From: Dehalococcoidia bacterium
Lineage (GTDB): Bacteria; Chloroflexota; Dehalococcoidia; Lucifugimonadales; UBA3495
Reading direction: 5' to 3'
Assembly (NCBI GenBank): GCA_022450395.1
Contig: JAKUQE010000014.1
Location: forward strand, 868 to 64,867
Length of the DNA stretch: 64,000 nucleotides
In this document: positions 55,320-64,000 of the stretch, in pieces
Position numbering within the stretch: the first letter of the stretch is position 1
Layout: each line of letters begins with the position of its first letter
Program-made: the position numbers and the translations under genes
Notes under the pieces: generated by a model
The model's input: the letters and a program-made list of their open reading frames with translations, nothing else
Told to the model about the DNA's origin: nothing
Databases searched by the model: none

Positions 55320-57995
55320 GTGCTTGAAGCTTCCCGGCGGAATGATTTGGCCGGACGGACCGGCGATTACATCGTTCGGCACTCCGGTTGGTTCATCGGC
55401 GCCGTATTTGTGCTGACGGCCCTTTTCGCGCTGCCCATATTATTCATGGAACGTCCGGGTCCGGCTTCCCAAGACCCCGGCGGACCGGTGTTCGACCTGC
55501 TGGTAACCGTGAACCAGCGGTTTCCTCCCCGGATCCACGTCACCACCTTCATCGTCGAAGACGCCCCAGAAGATCGGTCGGAAGACCAGCAACGGGATAT
55601 CCTTCGCCAACAACCATTATGGGACCTATACCGGAACGAACGAAAGTTGCGCGCTTCGGAACTGGCGAGCTTTTTATATACGGGTTACGACGCCGACAAC
55701 GAACGCCAGATCCTGGGCGTGTACACCATCGCCGACGCGGTACAGAACCTCTTTCTGCTAGACCCCGGCACGGCTGCCTCTCTGGAAACCGCTACCGACC
55801 AGCAGGTGAAAGCGGCCATATCCCGCATCTTGGACAGCCCAACGGGCCGGCCCCTGCGGGGATCTCTGTCCAAGGACGCCTCTTTCCAAACCACGATCGT
55901 AAACGGCCAGGAGATCAAGTCCTGGCGGGCGGCGGCCTTTTCCGCCTTCGTCGCCTCCGACAACGCCATGCTGGGCGGCGGCCCATTGACCATAAGTTTG
56001 ACCGGCGACGATGTAACCCTTGGCAAGGAACGGTTCAACCGGCGGGTACAAGAGATATTGCGTTCGGGTCAGACCAGCTATCGCTTGTGGGGCGTGGCGC
56101 TGGACGTAAACCTGGTATCTCAAGAACAAGGCAAGACGGCGATACCGTTCATCGTTGCCACGGTGGTTCTTGTATTGGTGGTGGTTGGAGTTACCCTACG
56201 CTCCATGGGAATCGTGGGATTGGCGTTCCTTGGTCTAGCGATGCTGTTCGTATGGCTCAAGGGATTAACCATTCTGGCCGGACTGGGTTCATCGTTGATC
56301 CTGGACTTGATCGTCCCCATCGCCATGATCTCTTTGGGGGTGGACTTCCTGATCCATGCCGTGTCCCGGTATCGCGAAGAAAGCCGCCGGCTGGCTGATC
56401 CGTCTTTGGCCTTGCGGGCCGGCTTCGCCGGGGTCCTGGGGGCATTGACCCTGGCAATGCTGTCCGATGGCATCGCTTTTCTGGCTAACGTAACCTCCGG
56501 GATCGAGACCGTGATTGGGTTCGGTATCGGAGCCGGAATCGCCGTTCTTTCCAGCTACATCATCATGGGGATGTTCCTGCCTCTCGTTATCATGAGGCTG
56601 GACCAGCGTAGGCTAGGGTTGGTCTATAAGCGAAACGTGGCATCAAGAGGTGGCCAAGGAACAGAACTTGCTGATGAATCGGCCTCCCATCCGGTAGGAG
56701 CAATGATAGCGGGGGCAGTCCTGGCATTCGCCCGCCATCGCTGGGCGGTCCTGCCCCTTGCCGCCACTTTAACCGCGGCCGCCACACTGCTGGCTTTCCA
56801 ACTGGAGCCCAACCTAGACGTCAAGGACTTCTTCGATTCCGAATCAGACTTAGTCATCGGCCTGGACAAACTTGACCAGTACACCGCGCCGGCCCTCTCC
56901 GGAGAACCGGCGGTCATTTACATCCGTGGTGACCTCACGTCCGCCAAATCATTAGATGGTCTGCGAGAATTGCTGGACCGGTTGAGCAAGAACGACAGAT
57001 TGGGGCAATCCGCGGACGGGCGGGTTTCTCTTTACTCCAGGACCCTATTCCAACTTCTATCCCGGATAACCGGCAATGCCTACGCCCGCTCTCAGGTAAT
57101 GGACGATACCGGCGTCGCTATTTCCGACGACGACGGCGATCAGGTCCCAGACGGGCCGGAACAGGTGCGAGCCGCCTTCGACTACATGGTCCGGCAGGGT
57201 GCTCCTCTAAACGAAACCACAATGGTTTACGACCCTATCCAGGTGCGGGAAACCCTGCACCACGACCCTACCCAGCCTGGGGAACAGGAAATCATCCTGG
57301 TAGTAGGAGTTTTAGGGTCGCGCCAACAAGCCAACATAGAGGCGGCCCGGCAGGCCCTGGAGCAAGACTTGGAACCGCTGCGCCGGGTTCCTGACATCAG
57401 CTTTGTTGGCCTGACGGGCTCGCCTTTCACCCGGGAAGCCACGTTGCAGGCCACCACCAGGGCTCTGAATGTTTCCCTTCCGGTGGCGGTGGCCGCTTGT
57501 TTGATATTGTTGGCCTTCTGGATGCGGTCGGTAACTCTGGCGGTGGTCACCATTATCCCCATCGGCCTGGTGGTTTCCTGGCTGTACGCCTTTATGTACG
57601 TCGCAGGCTATAGCCTAAACTTCGTCACCGCCACCATCGCCGCTGTGTCCATCGGGGTAGGAATCGACTACTCGATCCACATGACCCAGCGTTTTAGGGA
57701 GGAACTCGGCCAGGGACACGGCGCGGAGGAGGCAATGCGGGCGGCGGCCTCGGGCACCGGGGTTGCTCTGGCAGGGTCGGCGGCATCCAGCGTCATCGGG
57801 TTCGCCGTCATGGCATTCGCGCCCATGCCCCTCTTTTCCGCCTACGGCGTCATAACCGCCGCCATGATATTCATGGCGGCCGTCGCCGCCCTCTTCGTGC
57901 TGCCGTCGTTGCTTCTGCTGACCCACCGGGCGGGCCCTCACCGTCACTCCAAGCCGGAACGTAGTGAAGGCGCGGAGTCTCAGATACCCAAATAG
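55320..57995 (+). CDS. MMPL/RND-superfamily transporter (two 6-TM bundles with large extracytoplasmic loops)
   Basis: Two hydrophobic blocks carry SSD/MMPL-like GVDFLIHAVSRYREE and GIDYSIHMTQRFREE repeats. GTG start. Confidence 0.85.
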   Translation: MLEASRRNDLAGRTGDYIVRHSGWFIGAVFVLTALFALPILFMERPGPASQDPGGPVFDLLVTVNQRFPPRIHVTTFIVEDAPEDRSEDQQRDILRQQPLWDLYRNERKLRASELASFLYTGYDADNERQILGVYTIADAVQNLFLLDPGTAASLETATDQQVKAAISRILDSPTGRPLRGSLSKDASFQTTIVNGQEIKSWRAAAFSAFVASDNAMLGGGPLTISLTGDDVTLGKERFNRRVQEILRSGQTSYRLWGVALDVNLVSQEQGKTAIPFIVATVVLVLVVVGVTLRSMGIVGLAFLGLAMLFVWLKGLTILAGLGSSLILDLIVPIAMISLGVDFLIHAVSRYREESRRLADPSLALRAGFAGVLGALTLAMLSDGIAFLANVTSGIETVIGFGIGAGIAVLSSYIIMGMFLPLVIMRLDQRRLGLVYKRNVASRGGQGTELADESASHPVGAMIAGAVLAFARHRWAVLPLAATLTAAATLLAFQLEPNLDVKDFFDSESDLVIGLDKLDQYTAPALSGEPAVIYIRGDLTSAKSLDGLRELLDRLSKNDRLGQSADGRVSLYSRTLFQLLSRITGNAYARSQVMDDTGVAISDDDGDQVPDGPEQVRAAFDYMVRQGAPLNETTMVYDPIQVRETLHHDPTQPGEQEIILVVGVLGSRQQANIEAARQALEQDLEPLRRVPDISFVGLTGSPFTREATLQATTRALNVSLPVAVAACLILLAFWMRSVTLAVVTIIPIGLVVSWLYAFMYVAGYSLNFVTATIAAVSIGVGIDYSIHMTQRFREELGQGHGAEEAMRAAASGTGVALAGSAASSVIGFAVMAFAPMPLFSAYGVITAAMIFMAAVAALFVLPSLLLLTHRAGPHRHSKPERSEGAESQIPK

Positions 57996-58012
57996 TTGCT
58001 CTCACCGAATGG

Positions 58013-58070
58013 CCCTCACCCCGGCCTTAGGCCACCCCTCTCCCGGCGGGAGAGGGGCCGGAGGTGAGGG
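58013..58070. repeat. GC-rich nested palindrome downstream of the transporter gene
   Basis: Inner stem CCCCTCTCC (58035-58043) / GGAGAGGGG (58049-57). Outer arms CCCTCACCCCGGCC / GGCCGGAGGTGAGGG. No T-run follows. Confidence 0.6.
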
Positions 58071-58246
58071 GATTCCAGCTTCCGAATTCGTGACTCTCAA
58101 ACATCTCTCCGAACCCCATTTAGCTCGGCCGCCCATGCTATAATACTGCCGCCCACTGGACCCTCCACTGGGAAGTTTCACGCTCAAGATTCGCCGCCTT
58201 TCGGACTACCGGCGGCGAGAACACCAAAGCTAAGGGAGCAGCCACG

Positions 58247-59392
58247 ATGATCAAACGGTTCTCTGTCCTGTACGTCGGCCAGATCGATCTTGAAAACACC
58301 GGATTGGATGGCACGCCGGCCGACGAACGGCGCTACCCCAACGAACGTCTGGTGGGGGCCTACGACAACGCGGTCGCCTTGGCCAAGCACATGGACGAGC
58401 TTGACTACTACTGCTTGTGGACGGCCGAGCACCACTTTCAAAGGGAGGGCTACGAGTGCTTCCCCAACTTGATATTGCTGGGGGTCCACCTGGCCGGCTT
58501 AACCAAACGACTCAAGTTCGGTGGGGCCTTTAACGTCGTGCCCATGTGGCATCCTCTTCGCCTGGCCGAGGACTTCGCCATGGCGGACATCATGACCGGA
58601 GGTAGGCTGATCTTCGGCGTGGGCCGGGGCTATCATTCCAGAGAGGTCGAAACCTTCGGCGCCCCGGTTATCGACAACGAAGCCAACAAAGAACTCTTCG
58701 AAGAGCAGATGGAGATAATCTTCAAGGCTTTCAACGAGGACTCTTTCAGCCACAAGGGGAAACACTACACCATCCCAGCCGACGTTCCCTACCGGGGTTA
58801 TCAACTGAAGGACATCACCCTGGTGCCCAAGCCCATCAATAACCCGGTGGAGATCTGGCAGCCCATCGCCAGCGGACGTACCTTGGAGTACATCGCTCGC
58901 AAGGGAATCAAGGGAATGGTGGCGCTGACGGGGGAACTGTTAGTCAATCAACTCTTTAGCTCCTACCGGGACATCGCCGCCGAAGAGGGCCGGGAACTTG
59001 CATTGGGACAGGACATGGCTCTGGGCATCGGATATTACATCGCCGGCAGCCAACAAGAGGCCATCAACACGGTTCGGCCTTATCACGACGAACGCTACAA
59101 GTGGTTCGCGCCCTTCGGTTTCGTCCGATATACCGATTCCCAAGGCCGTGCCTGGGGCACCCCCGGCGCGCCGTCAAGGGCGCCGACCATAGAAGAGGGC
59201 GTTGAGCAGAAGGTCTGGTACTGTGGCGAACCGGACGGGTTTATCCAGTTCCTGCGTGACATTGAGGAACGATATCCGGGTCTGGAGGATGTCGTGCTCC
59301 AATGGCCGGAGGGCATGCCTTGGTTGGAATACAAAGAACAACTCAGCCGATTCGCCAAGGACGTCATGCCGGCTTTTACCGGGCGGGGTTAG
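58247..59392 (+). CDS. LLM-class flavin-dependent oxidoreductase/monooxygenase
   Basis: LDYYCLWTAEHHFQREGYECFPN...LKFGGAFNVVPMWHPLRLAEDFAMADIMTGGRLIFGVGRGYH. Confidence 0.85.
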   Translation: MIKRFSVLYVGQIDLENTGLDGTPADERRYPNERLVGAYDNAVALAKHMDELDYYCLWTAEHHFQREGYECFPNLILLGVHLAGLTKRLKFGGAFNVVPMWHPLRLAEDFAMADIMTGGRLIFGVGRGYHSREVETFGAPVIDNEANKELFEEQMEIIFKAFNEDSFSHKGKHYTIPADVPYRGYQLKDITLVPKPINNPVEIWQPIASGRTLEYIARKGIKGMVALTGELLVNQLFSSYRDIAAEEGRELALGQDMALGIGYYIAGSQQEAINTVRPYHDERYKWFAPFGFVRYTDSQGRAWGTPGAPSRAPTIEEGVEQKVWYCGEPDGFIQFLRDIEERYPGLEDVVLQWPEGMPWLEYKEQLSRFAKDVMPAFTGRG

Positions 59393-59446
59393 AGGCGCCA
59401 AGCGCGCAGATTCTGTCGGGCCGGTTACGACGCCATTTCGCCAGGT

Positions 59447-59794
59447 CTACTCCTTCACCGGCGCGTCATTCCCTAGCATAAGGCAGGGCTCGCCCCATTG
59501 GTCGACGCTGGCCAGATCCCAATCGCCGCTCGAGCCTTCCGGCCTCAACCTGATCCCGTCATCGCCGCCATAGATCAAGAGAACCGTGCCTTCCCCGGAA
59601 TCCTCCGACAACGCGGCATAGGCCGGGCACGGGCCGTCCTGACTCCAACCGGTTACTTCGCACCACACGTCCACATCCATCCGATCGGCGGTAAACACCC
59701 TCCGGATCGCCCGAGGCTCGGACAGCAGGTCGAAGACCCGGTTCAGGTCCATCGGGCTGTTACCTCCGGCTACCACCTCAACCTCAAACAGCAT
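59447..59794 (-). CDS. Hypothetical small acidic protein
   Basis: 115-aa ORF with coding-like composition. No motif I recognise. Isolated on the minus strand between plus-strand genes. Confidence 0.45.
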   Translation of the reverse strand: MLFEVEVVAGGNSPMDLNRVFDLLSEPRAIRRVFTADRMDVDVWCEVTGWSQDGPCPAYAALSEDSGEGTVLLIYGGDDGIRLRPEGSSGDWDLASVDQWGEPCLMLGNDAPVKE

Positions 59795-60078
59795 GTTTCG
59801 CTCCTGCTATCTAATCTTAAATATCCCCAAATGACCGGGAGATGCTGGGTGTCTGAGACTTCGGGATTTTAGCACACTCGTAGCAAGAAACCGGGCAACC
59901 GGGTGCCATTATCCGGTAAAATTGAAACCCGATCCGTTGATCGGGCATCTTATCTACGTAGGCCGAACTTTCGTCTGATGTCCCAGGTTTTACCTGTCCT
60001 GACCGGGTTGAACTATAACTGTAGACCGGATGACTCTCGCCCTTTTCGGCCGATGCCGATATAAAGGAGGCGTGGACC

Positions 60079-61329
60079 ATGGTTGCCACGAGGAAATTGA
60101 CTCCCTTCGAGGAAGTGAACCTATTTTTCGACCAAGCCGCAGAAAGCCTGGGATTGAGCGATGGACACCGGGAGATGCTTCGCCGGCCGTGGCGTGAGCT
60201 TCACGTGCAGGTGCCGGTGCGCATGGACGACGGTCACATAGAGGTTTTCACCGGATACCGGGTGCAGCACAACGGCGCCCGAGGACCCTACAAAGGCGGG
60301 ATACGGTACCACCCCGAAGCGGACGTGGACGAAGTGCGCGCCCTGGCTTCCCTGATGACATGGAAGACCGCCCTGATGAATCTGCCCTTTGGTGGCGCGA
60401 AGGGCGGGGTGCAGGTCGATCCCGGTGAACTGAGCGTCGCAGAGTTGAACCGGCTCACTCGCCGCTACACCTTAAACATCGAGCACCTGTTGGCCCCCAA
60501 CCGGGATATACCAGCGCCGGACCTGGGCACCAACGCCCAGACCATGGCCTGGATGATGGATGCTTACGGCCAGCTGCACGGACATTCGCCTGCCTGCGTA
60601 ACCGGCAAACCCGTGGAGATCGGTGGGTCACTGGGAAGGGATTCGGCAACCGGACGAGGTGTCGCCTATCTGATCAACCAGACCGCCAGAGACATGAACA
60701 TGAACCCGGACGGCGCGCGTATCGTGATTCAGGGATTCGGCAATGTGGGCTCTTGGACCGCCAGGTTGCTTCAAGAGTACGGTTGCCAGGTGATTGGGGT
60801 GAGCGGAGTCCGGGGAGGTGTTTACAACTCCAAGGGCCTGGACATTCCGGCTTTGCTGGAGCATCAAAGAGAGTCCGGTGCCGTACCAGGGTTCGCCGGC
60901 GGAGAAGACATAACCAACGAAGAGCTGCTGGAATTGGAGTGTGAAGTCCTGGTGCCCGCCGCCATCGGCAACGTGTTGACGGCGGCGAACGCTCCCAAGC
61001 TGCGGACCAAGCTGGTAGTGGAAGCGGCGAACCATCCCGCGACGCCGGAGGCCGACGACATCTTGGCTGAACGGGGGATCCAGGTGATGCCGGACATTCT
61101 GGTCAACGCCGGTGGGGTGATCGTCTCCTACTTCGAGTGGACACAAAACCTGCAGGAGTTCCGTTGGGAGGAAAGCAGAGTCAACGAAGAGTTGCTTAAG
61201 ATCATGGATCGTGGTTACCAGGATGTACGGGAGATGGCCGCCTCCCAAAGTATCACGCACCGGCAGGCGGCATTTCGAATCGGCGTGGAACGGGTGGCCC
61301 GGGCTGTTGAACTACGGGGCTTCGTCTAG
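60079..61329 (+). CDS. gdhA: Glutamate dehydrogenase (Glu/Leu/Phe/Val dehydrogenase family)
   Basis: GYRVQHNGARGPYKGGIRYHP...LMTWKTALMNLPFGGAKGG...IQGFGNVG. AAAGGAGG upstream. Confidence 0.92.
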   Translation: MVATRKLTPFEEVNLFFDQAAESLGLSDGHREMLRRPWRELHVQVPVRMDDGHIEVFTGYRVQHNGARGPYKGGIRYHPEADVDEVRALASLMTWKTALMNLPFGGAKGGVQVDPGELSVAELNRLTRRYTLNIEHLLAPNRDIPAPDLGTNAQTMAWMMDAYGQLHGHSPACVTGKPVEIGGSLGRDSATGRGVAYLINQTARDMNMNPDGARIVIQGFGNVGSWTARLLQEYGCQVIGVSGVRGGVYNSKGLDIPALLEHQRESGAVPGFAGGEDITNEELLELECEVLVPAAIGNVLTAANAPKLRTKLVVEAANHPATPEADDILAERGIQVMPDILVNAGGVIVSYFEWTQNLQEFRWEESRVNEELLKIMDRGYQDVREMAASQSITHRQAAFRIGVERVARAVELRGFV

Positions 61330-61473
61330 ACCTGGACGACGTTTATTTGACACGGGATTAGGCCACCGCTAACATACCTCCAGCCCAGTTCGCCGGGATA
61401 ATAAGCCGCAATTTTGTGCAGCCAAAGACGATTCCAGTCTTTTGCCCCGGCGATGGGAAACAGGAGGTGGAAC

Positions 61474-63231
61474 GTGGCGACGGGAATCAACACCTATCGG
61501 CCTTTAATAACCGGGACTACCCACATGGTGTCGGCAGGCCACTACCTGGCCACCGCGGCGGGATATCGTATCCTGGAGCAGGGCGGCAATGCCACCGACG
61601 CCGGAGTGGCCGCGGGCATCGTTATTAACGTTGTTCTACCCCAATACACCAGTTTTGGCGGCGTCGCTCCCATCATCATTCACGACGCCGAGAAGCAAGA
61701 CACGGTGGAGATCAGCGGCCTGGGCCGTTGGCCCGCCGCCGCCAACATCGACTACTTCAACCAGCATGCCGGCAGAGAGATACCGGTGGGCGTTCTTCGT
61801 ACCGTAACACCCGCCGCCGCGGATGCCTGGCTCACGGCCCTGAAGCTGTACGGCTCCATGACCTTCGAGCAGGTGGTTACCCCGGCGCTGGAACTGGCCG
61901 AAGGCGGATTCCCGATCCCGGCCACATTGCGCCGCGCTCTGGTTGGCGCCGTGGACGAGCTGGATCACTACGACGGGGACAACCAGAAATGGCGGTCGAC
62001 CCGGGACGTGTTTTTCCCCGGTGGCAAAGCGTTGGAGACCGGAGCGGTTCTGGTCCAAAGCGAACTGGCCCGCACCTTCCGCCGTTTGATTCAAGTCGAA
62101 CAGGACAACGTTTCCAGAGGCCGGGACGAGGCCATTCAGGCTGCACGAGACTTCTTCTACCATGGCGAGATTGCCGTGGAGATGGTCCGATTCGTTCAAG
62201 AGCAGGGCGGCCTGCTTACTATGGAGGACCTTGCCGCTTTCCACGTCGGAGTGGGCCAACCTGCCTCGGGCAGCTACAAAGGCATAGACGTTTACACCTG
62301 CGGTCCCTGGTGCCAGGGCCCAGTTTCCATTGAAGCCCTGCAGATACTGGAAGGGTTCGACCTGCAGGGAATGGGCCACAACAGCCCCGACTACATCCAC
62401 ACTGTTCTCGAGGCCCTGAAGCTGTCTTTCTCCGACCGGCACCACTACTACGGAGATCCGGATTTTGTGGACGTACCCCTGGAAGGCCTGACATCCAAGG
62501 CCTTCGCCGACGAGCGGCGACGGGCCATCGACCCGATGCGGGCCTCTTCCGAGATGCCGGAACCCGGCGACCCCTGGCGATACCAGGAAGGCAGTCAGAA
62601 CGGCCGGGGGGCGGCCAAGCCGGAGCCGGTGGGCGGCAGACTTGAGGCCGACACCAGCTACGTCTGCGTGGTGGACCGCCAAGGCAACGCTTTCTCCGCC
62701 ACCCCCAGCGATGGAATCGGCGGCGCTCCGGTAGCCACCGGTTTGGGGTTCGTGATCTCGCCCAGGGGCTCTCAAAGCTGGCTTGATCCGGAACATCCCT
62801 GCGCGTTAGCTCCCGGCAAGCGTCCCAGGCTGACCCCCAACCCGGTCCTGGCCATGCGAGACGGTCAAGTCTGGATGCCCTTCGGGACGCCGGGCGGCGA
62901 CGTGCAATGCCAGTCCATGGTGCAGCTTTTTCTGAACGTGGCCGAGTTCGGCATGGACCCCCAACAAGCCATTGAAGCGCCCCGGGTTTCCGCCTGGAGC
63001 TTCCCCAACTCCTTCTGGCCCCACGCTTACCACCCCGGCTTGGTGGGAGTAGAAGGCCGGATCGACGGGCAGACGATCGCGGAGCTAAACCGCCGCGGCC
63101 ACCAAGTTGAAGTGTGGAACGACTGGACGCCGAGGATGGGCAGTCTATGCGCCATCTTGGTAGATAGAGAAAGGGGCACCCTATCCGGCGGAGCCGACCT
63201 GCGCCGAGACGGCTACGCAATGGGACGGTAG
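61474..63231 (+). CDS. ggt: Gamma-glutamyltransferase family protein
   Basis: GHYLATAAGYRILEQGGNATDAGVAAG... The autoprocessing/catalytic Thr context is EADTSYVCVVDRQGNAFS...TPGG. GTG 61474 follows AGGAGG and is preferred; ATG 61453 is possible. Confidence 0.88.
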   Translation: MATGINTYRPLITGTTHMVSAGHYLATAAGYRILEQGGNATDAGVAAGIVINVVLPQYTSFGGVAPIIIHDAEKQDTVEISGLGRWPAAANIDYFNQHAGREIPVGVLRTVTPAAADAWLTALKLYGSMTFEQVVTPALELAEGGFPIPATLRRALVGAVDELDHYDGDNQKWRSTRDVFFPGGKALETGAVLVQSELARTFRRLIQVEQDNVSRGRDEAIQAARDFFYHGEIAVEMVRFVQEQGGLLTMEDLAAFHVGVGQPASGSYKGIDVYTCGPWCQGPVSIEALQILEGFDLQGMGHNSPDYIHTVLEALKLSFSDRHHYYGDPDFVDVPLEGLTSKAFADERRRAIDPMRASSEMPEPGDPWRYQEGSQNGRGAAKPEPVGGRLEADTSYVCVVDRQGNAFSATPSDGIGGAPVATGLGFVISPRGSQSWLDPEHPCALAPGKRPRLTPNPVLAMRDGQVWMPFGTPGGDVQCQSMVQLFLNVAEFGMDPQQAIEAPRVSAWSFPNSFWPHAYHPGLVGVEGRIDGQTIAELNRRGHQVEVWNDWTPRMGSLCAILVDRERGTLSGGADLRRDGYAMGR

Positions 63232-63283
63232 CGGTCAGCTTACAGCTTTCAGGGGCCGGCTGAAATCTGACGGCTGATAGCTC
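63232..63283. repeat. Palindromic REP-like intergenic element (copy B, inverted relative to copy A)
   Basis: GCGGTCAGCTTACAGCTTTCAG (63231-63252) matches the reverse complement of 53131-53152, GCGGTCAGCATTCAGCTTTCAG, at 20 of 22 positions. CTGACGGCTGATAGC is at 63267-63281. It again fills a convergent-stop gap next to an SDR gene. Confidence 0.6.
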
Positions 63284-63287
63284 GCCG

Positions 63288-64000
63288 CTACTGCGCCGTC
63301 CTCCCGCCGTCTATCACCAACTCGCTGCCGGTGACGAAGGAAGACTCGTCCGAGGCTAAGTAGAGAACGCCGTAAGCCACGTCTTGGGCGGTGCCCAGGC
63401 GGCCCAACGGCGTTCTTTCCATTCGATCTTGCCGGTACTGCTGGTCGGCCAGCATGTCGGCGGTCATCGGGGTTTCAATGGTGCCGGGATGCACGGAGTT
63501 GCACCGTATGCCTTCCTTGGCGTACTGGATGGCCGTGGACTTGGTAAGCAGACGCACCGCGCCTTTGGACGCCGAATAGGCCGCGGAAATGTGATTGCCG
63601 ACCAATCCGGCAACGGACGATATGTTGATGATGGAACCGCCCCCGGCGTTCCGCATCTCGGGGATGGCGTGCTTTGTTCCCAGAAAGACACCCTTGGCGT
63701 TGATTCCCATCACCTGGTCCCAAAGCTCACTGCTCACTTCTTCGACCCGCTCGGTCCGGTAGATGCCAGCGTTGTTCACCAGTATGTCCAGTTTACCGAA
63801 CCGGCTGACCGCAGCCTCAATCGCAGCCTGCCATTGGATTTCTCTGGTAACGTCCAGGGGGACAAAGAGGCACTCGCCCCCAGCCTCGTTTATCTCGGCT
63901 TCGGTGCGGCGGCCTTCCTCCTCCAGCACGTCGCCTATCACGACTTTCGCGCCTTCGACAGAGAAGAGTTTGGCCTCAACAGCGCCCATTCCCCTGGCGC
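63288..64000 (-). CDS. SDR family oxidoreductase (5' end beyond the window)
   Basis: LVNNAGI...NISSVAG...YSASKGAVRLLTKS...HPGTIETPM...FVTGSELVIDGGRTAQ. The N-terminal Rossmann loop lies outside the window. Confidence 0.85.
   Translation of the reverse strand, partial: ARGMGAVEAKLFSVEGAKVVIGDVLEEEGRRTEAEINEAGGECLFVPLDVTREIQWQAAIEAAVSRFGKLDILVNNAGIYRTERVEEVSSELWDQVMGINAKGVFLGTKHAIPEMRNAGGGSIINISSVAGLVGNHISAAYSASKGAVRLLTKSTAIQYAKEGIRCNSVHPGTIETPMTADMLADQQYRQDRMERTPLGRLGTAQDVAYGVLYLASDESSFVTGSELVIDGGRTAQ

Noticed and set aside
55388-56398. 336-aa alternative-frame plus-strand ORF inside the MMPL transporter gene
   Set aside because: It is Arg/Pro/Gly-rich nonsense that overlaps a frame with clear TM segments and SSD motifs. 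It is a GC-driven open frame, not a gene.
58002-58187. 61-aa minus-strand ORF translating to ...PPAPLPPGEGWPKAGVRAIR
   Set aside because: It is the translation of the GC-rich palindromic element at 58013-58070, which I take to be a frequent false gene call. It has no start context.
61636-63220. Long minus-strand ORFs (386 aa and 333 aa) antisense to the ggt gene
   Set aside because: Their translations are Arg/Gly/Pro/Ala-rich with no domain pattern. The plus-strand frame encodes a complete, motif-bearing gamma-glutamyltransferase. These are typical shadow ORFs in GC-rich DNA.
1-64000. Search for mobile elements, integrases, toxin-antitoxin pairs, restriction-modification or other defence systems
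   Set aside because: No transposase, integrase, recombinase, nuclease-helicase or small paired ORF signature was seen by eye in any frame. The STAND-like LAL regulator has a LuxR HTH output and no effector domain, so I do not interpret it as a defence NTPase.

Overview
A 64 kb, visibly GC-rich bacterial chromosomal window with almost all coding space filled. I saw no rRNA, tRNA, CRISPR array, transposase or integrase. Gene content and style suggest a Chloroflexota-like, possibly SAR202-like, organism: lipoproteins with long Pro/Thr linkers, and many LLM (luciferase-like) flavin/F420 oxidoreductases, family III CoA-transferases and SDRs. This taxon call is inference only. Housekeeping blocks are yidC-jag, purF-purM-purH, smpB plus an S41 protease, cinA, lhgO, a MaoC-like double hotdog gene with plsX-fabG, pyrF, sfsA, gdh and ggt. 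There is also a pyrimidine operon, pyrR-pyrB-pyrC-carA-(unknown ORF)-carB, preceded by a classic PyrR-binding attenuator and terminator. The right third (about 49-64 kb) is an accessory catabolic neighbourhood: three LLM paralogues in the window, plus cupin, VOC, alpha/beta hydrolase, SDRs, a CoA-transferase and an MMPL/RND transporter. The most notable observations are listed here. (1) At least five genes carry independent lesions: a deletion scar, a homopolymer frameshift, and TAA, TGA and TAG at conserved positions. (2) A conserved-looking orphan protein is built from two tandem copies of an unknown domain (FDCF-x3-PHYHYGP), behind a consensus promoter and a leader of about 160 nt. (3) carB's conserved N-terminus lies upstream of any ATG/GTG/TTG and seems to need an ATT start. 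(4) An unknown 138-aa gene is inserted between carA and carB. (5) A palindromic REP-like element fills two convergent-gene gaps. I found no recognisable defence, toxin or mobile system, and the novelty claims here are modest.
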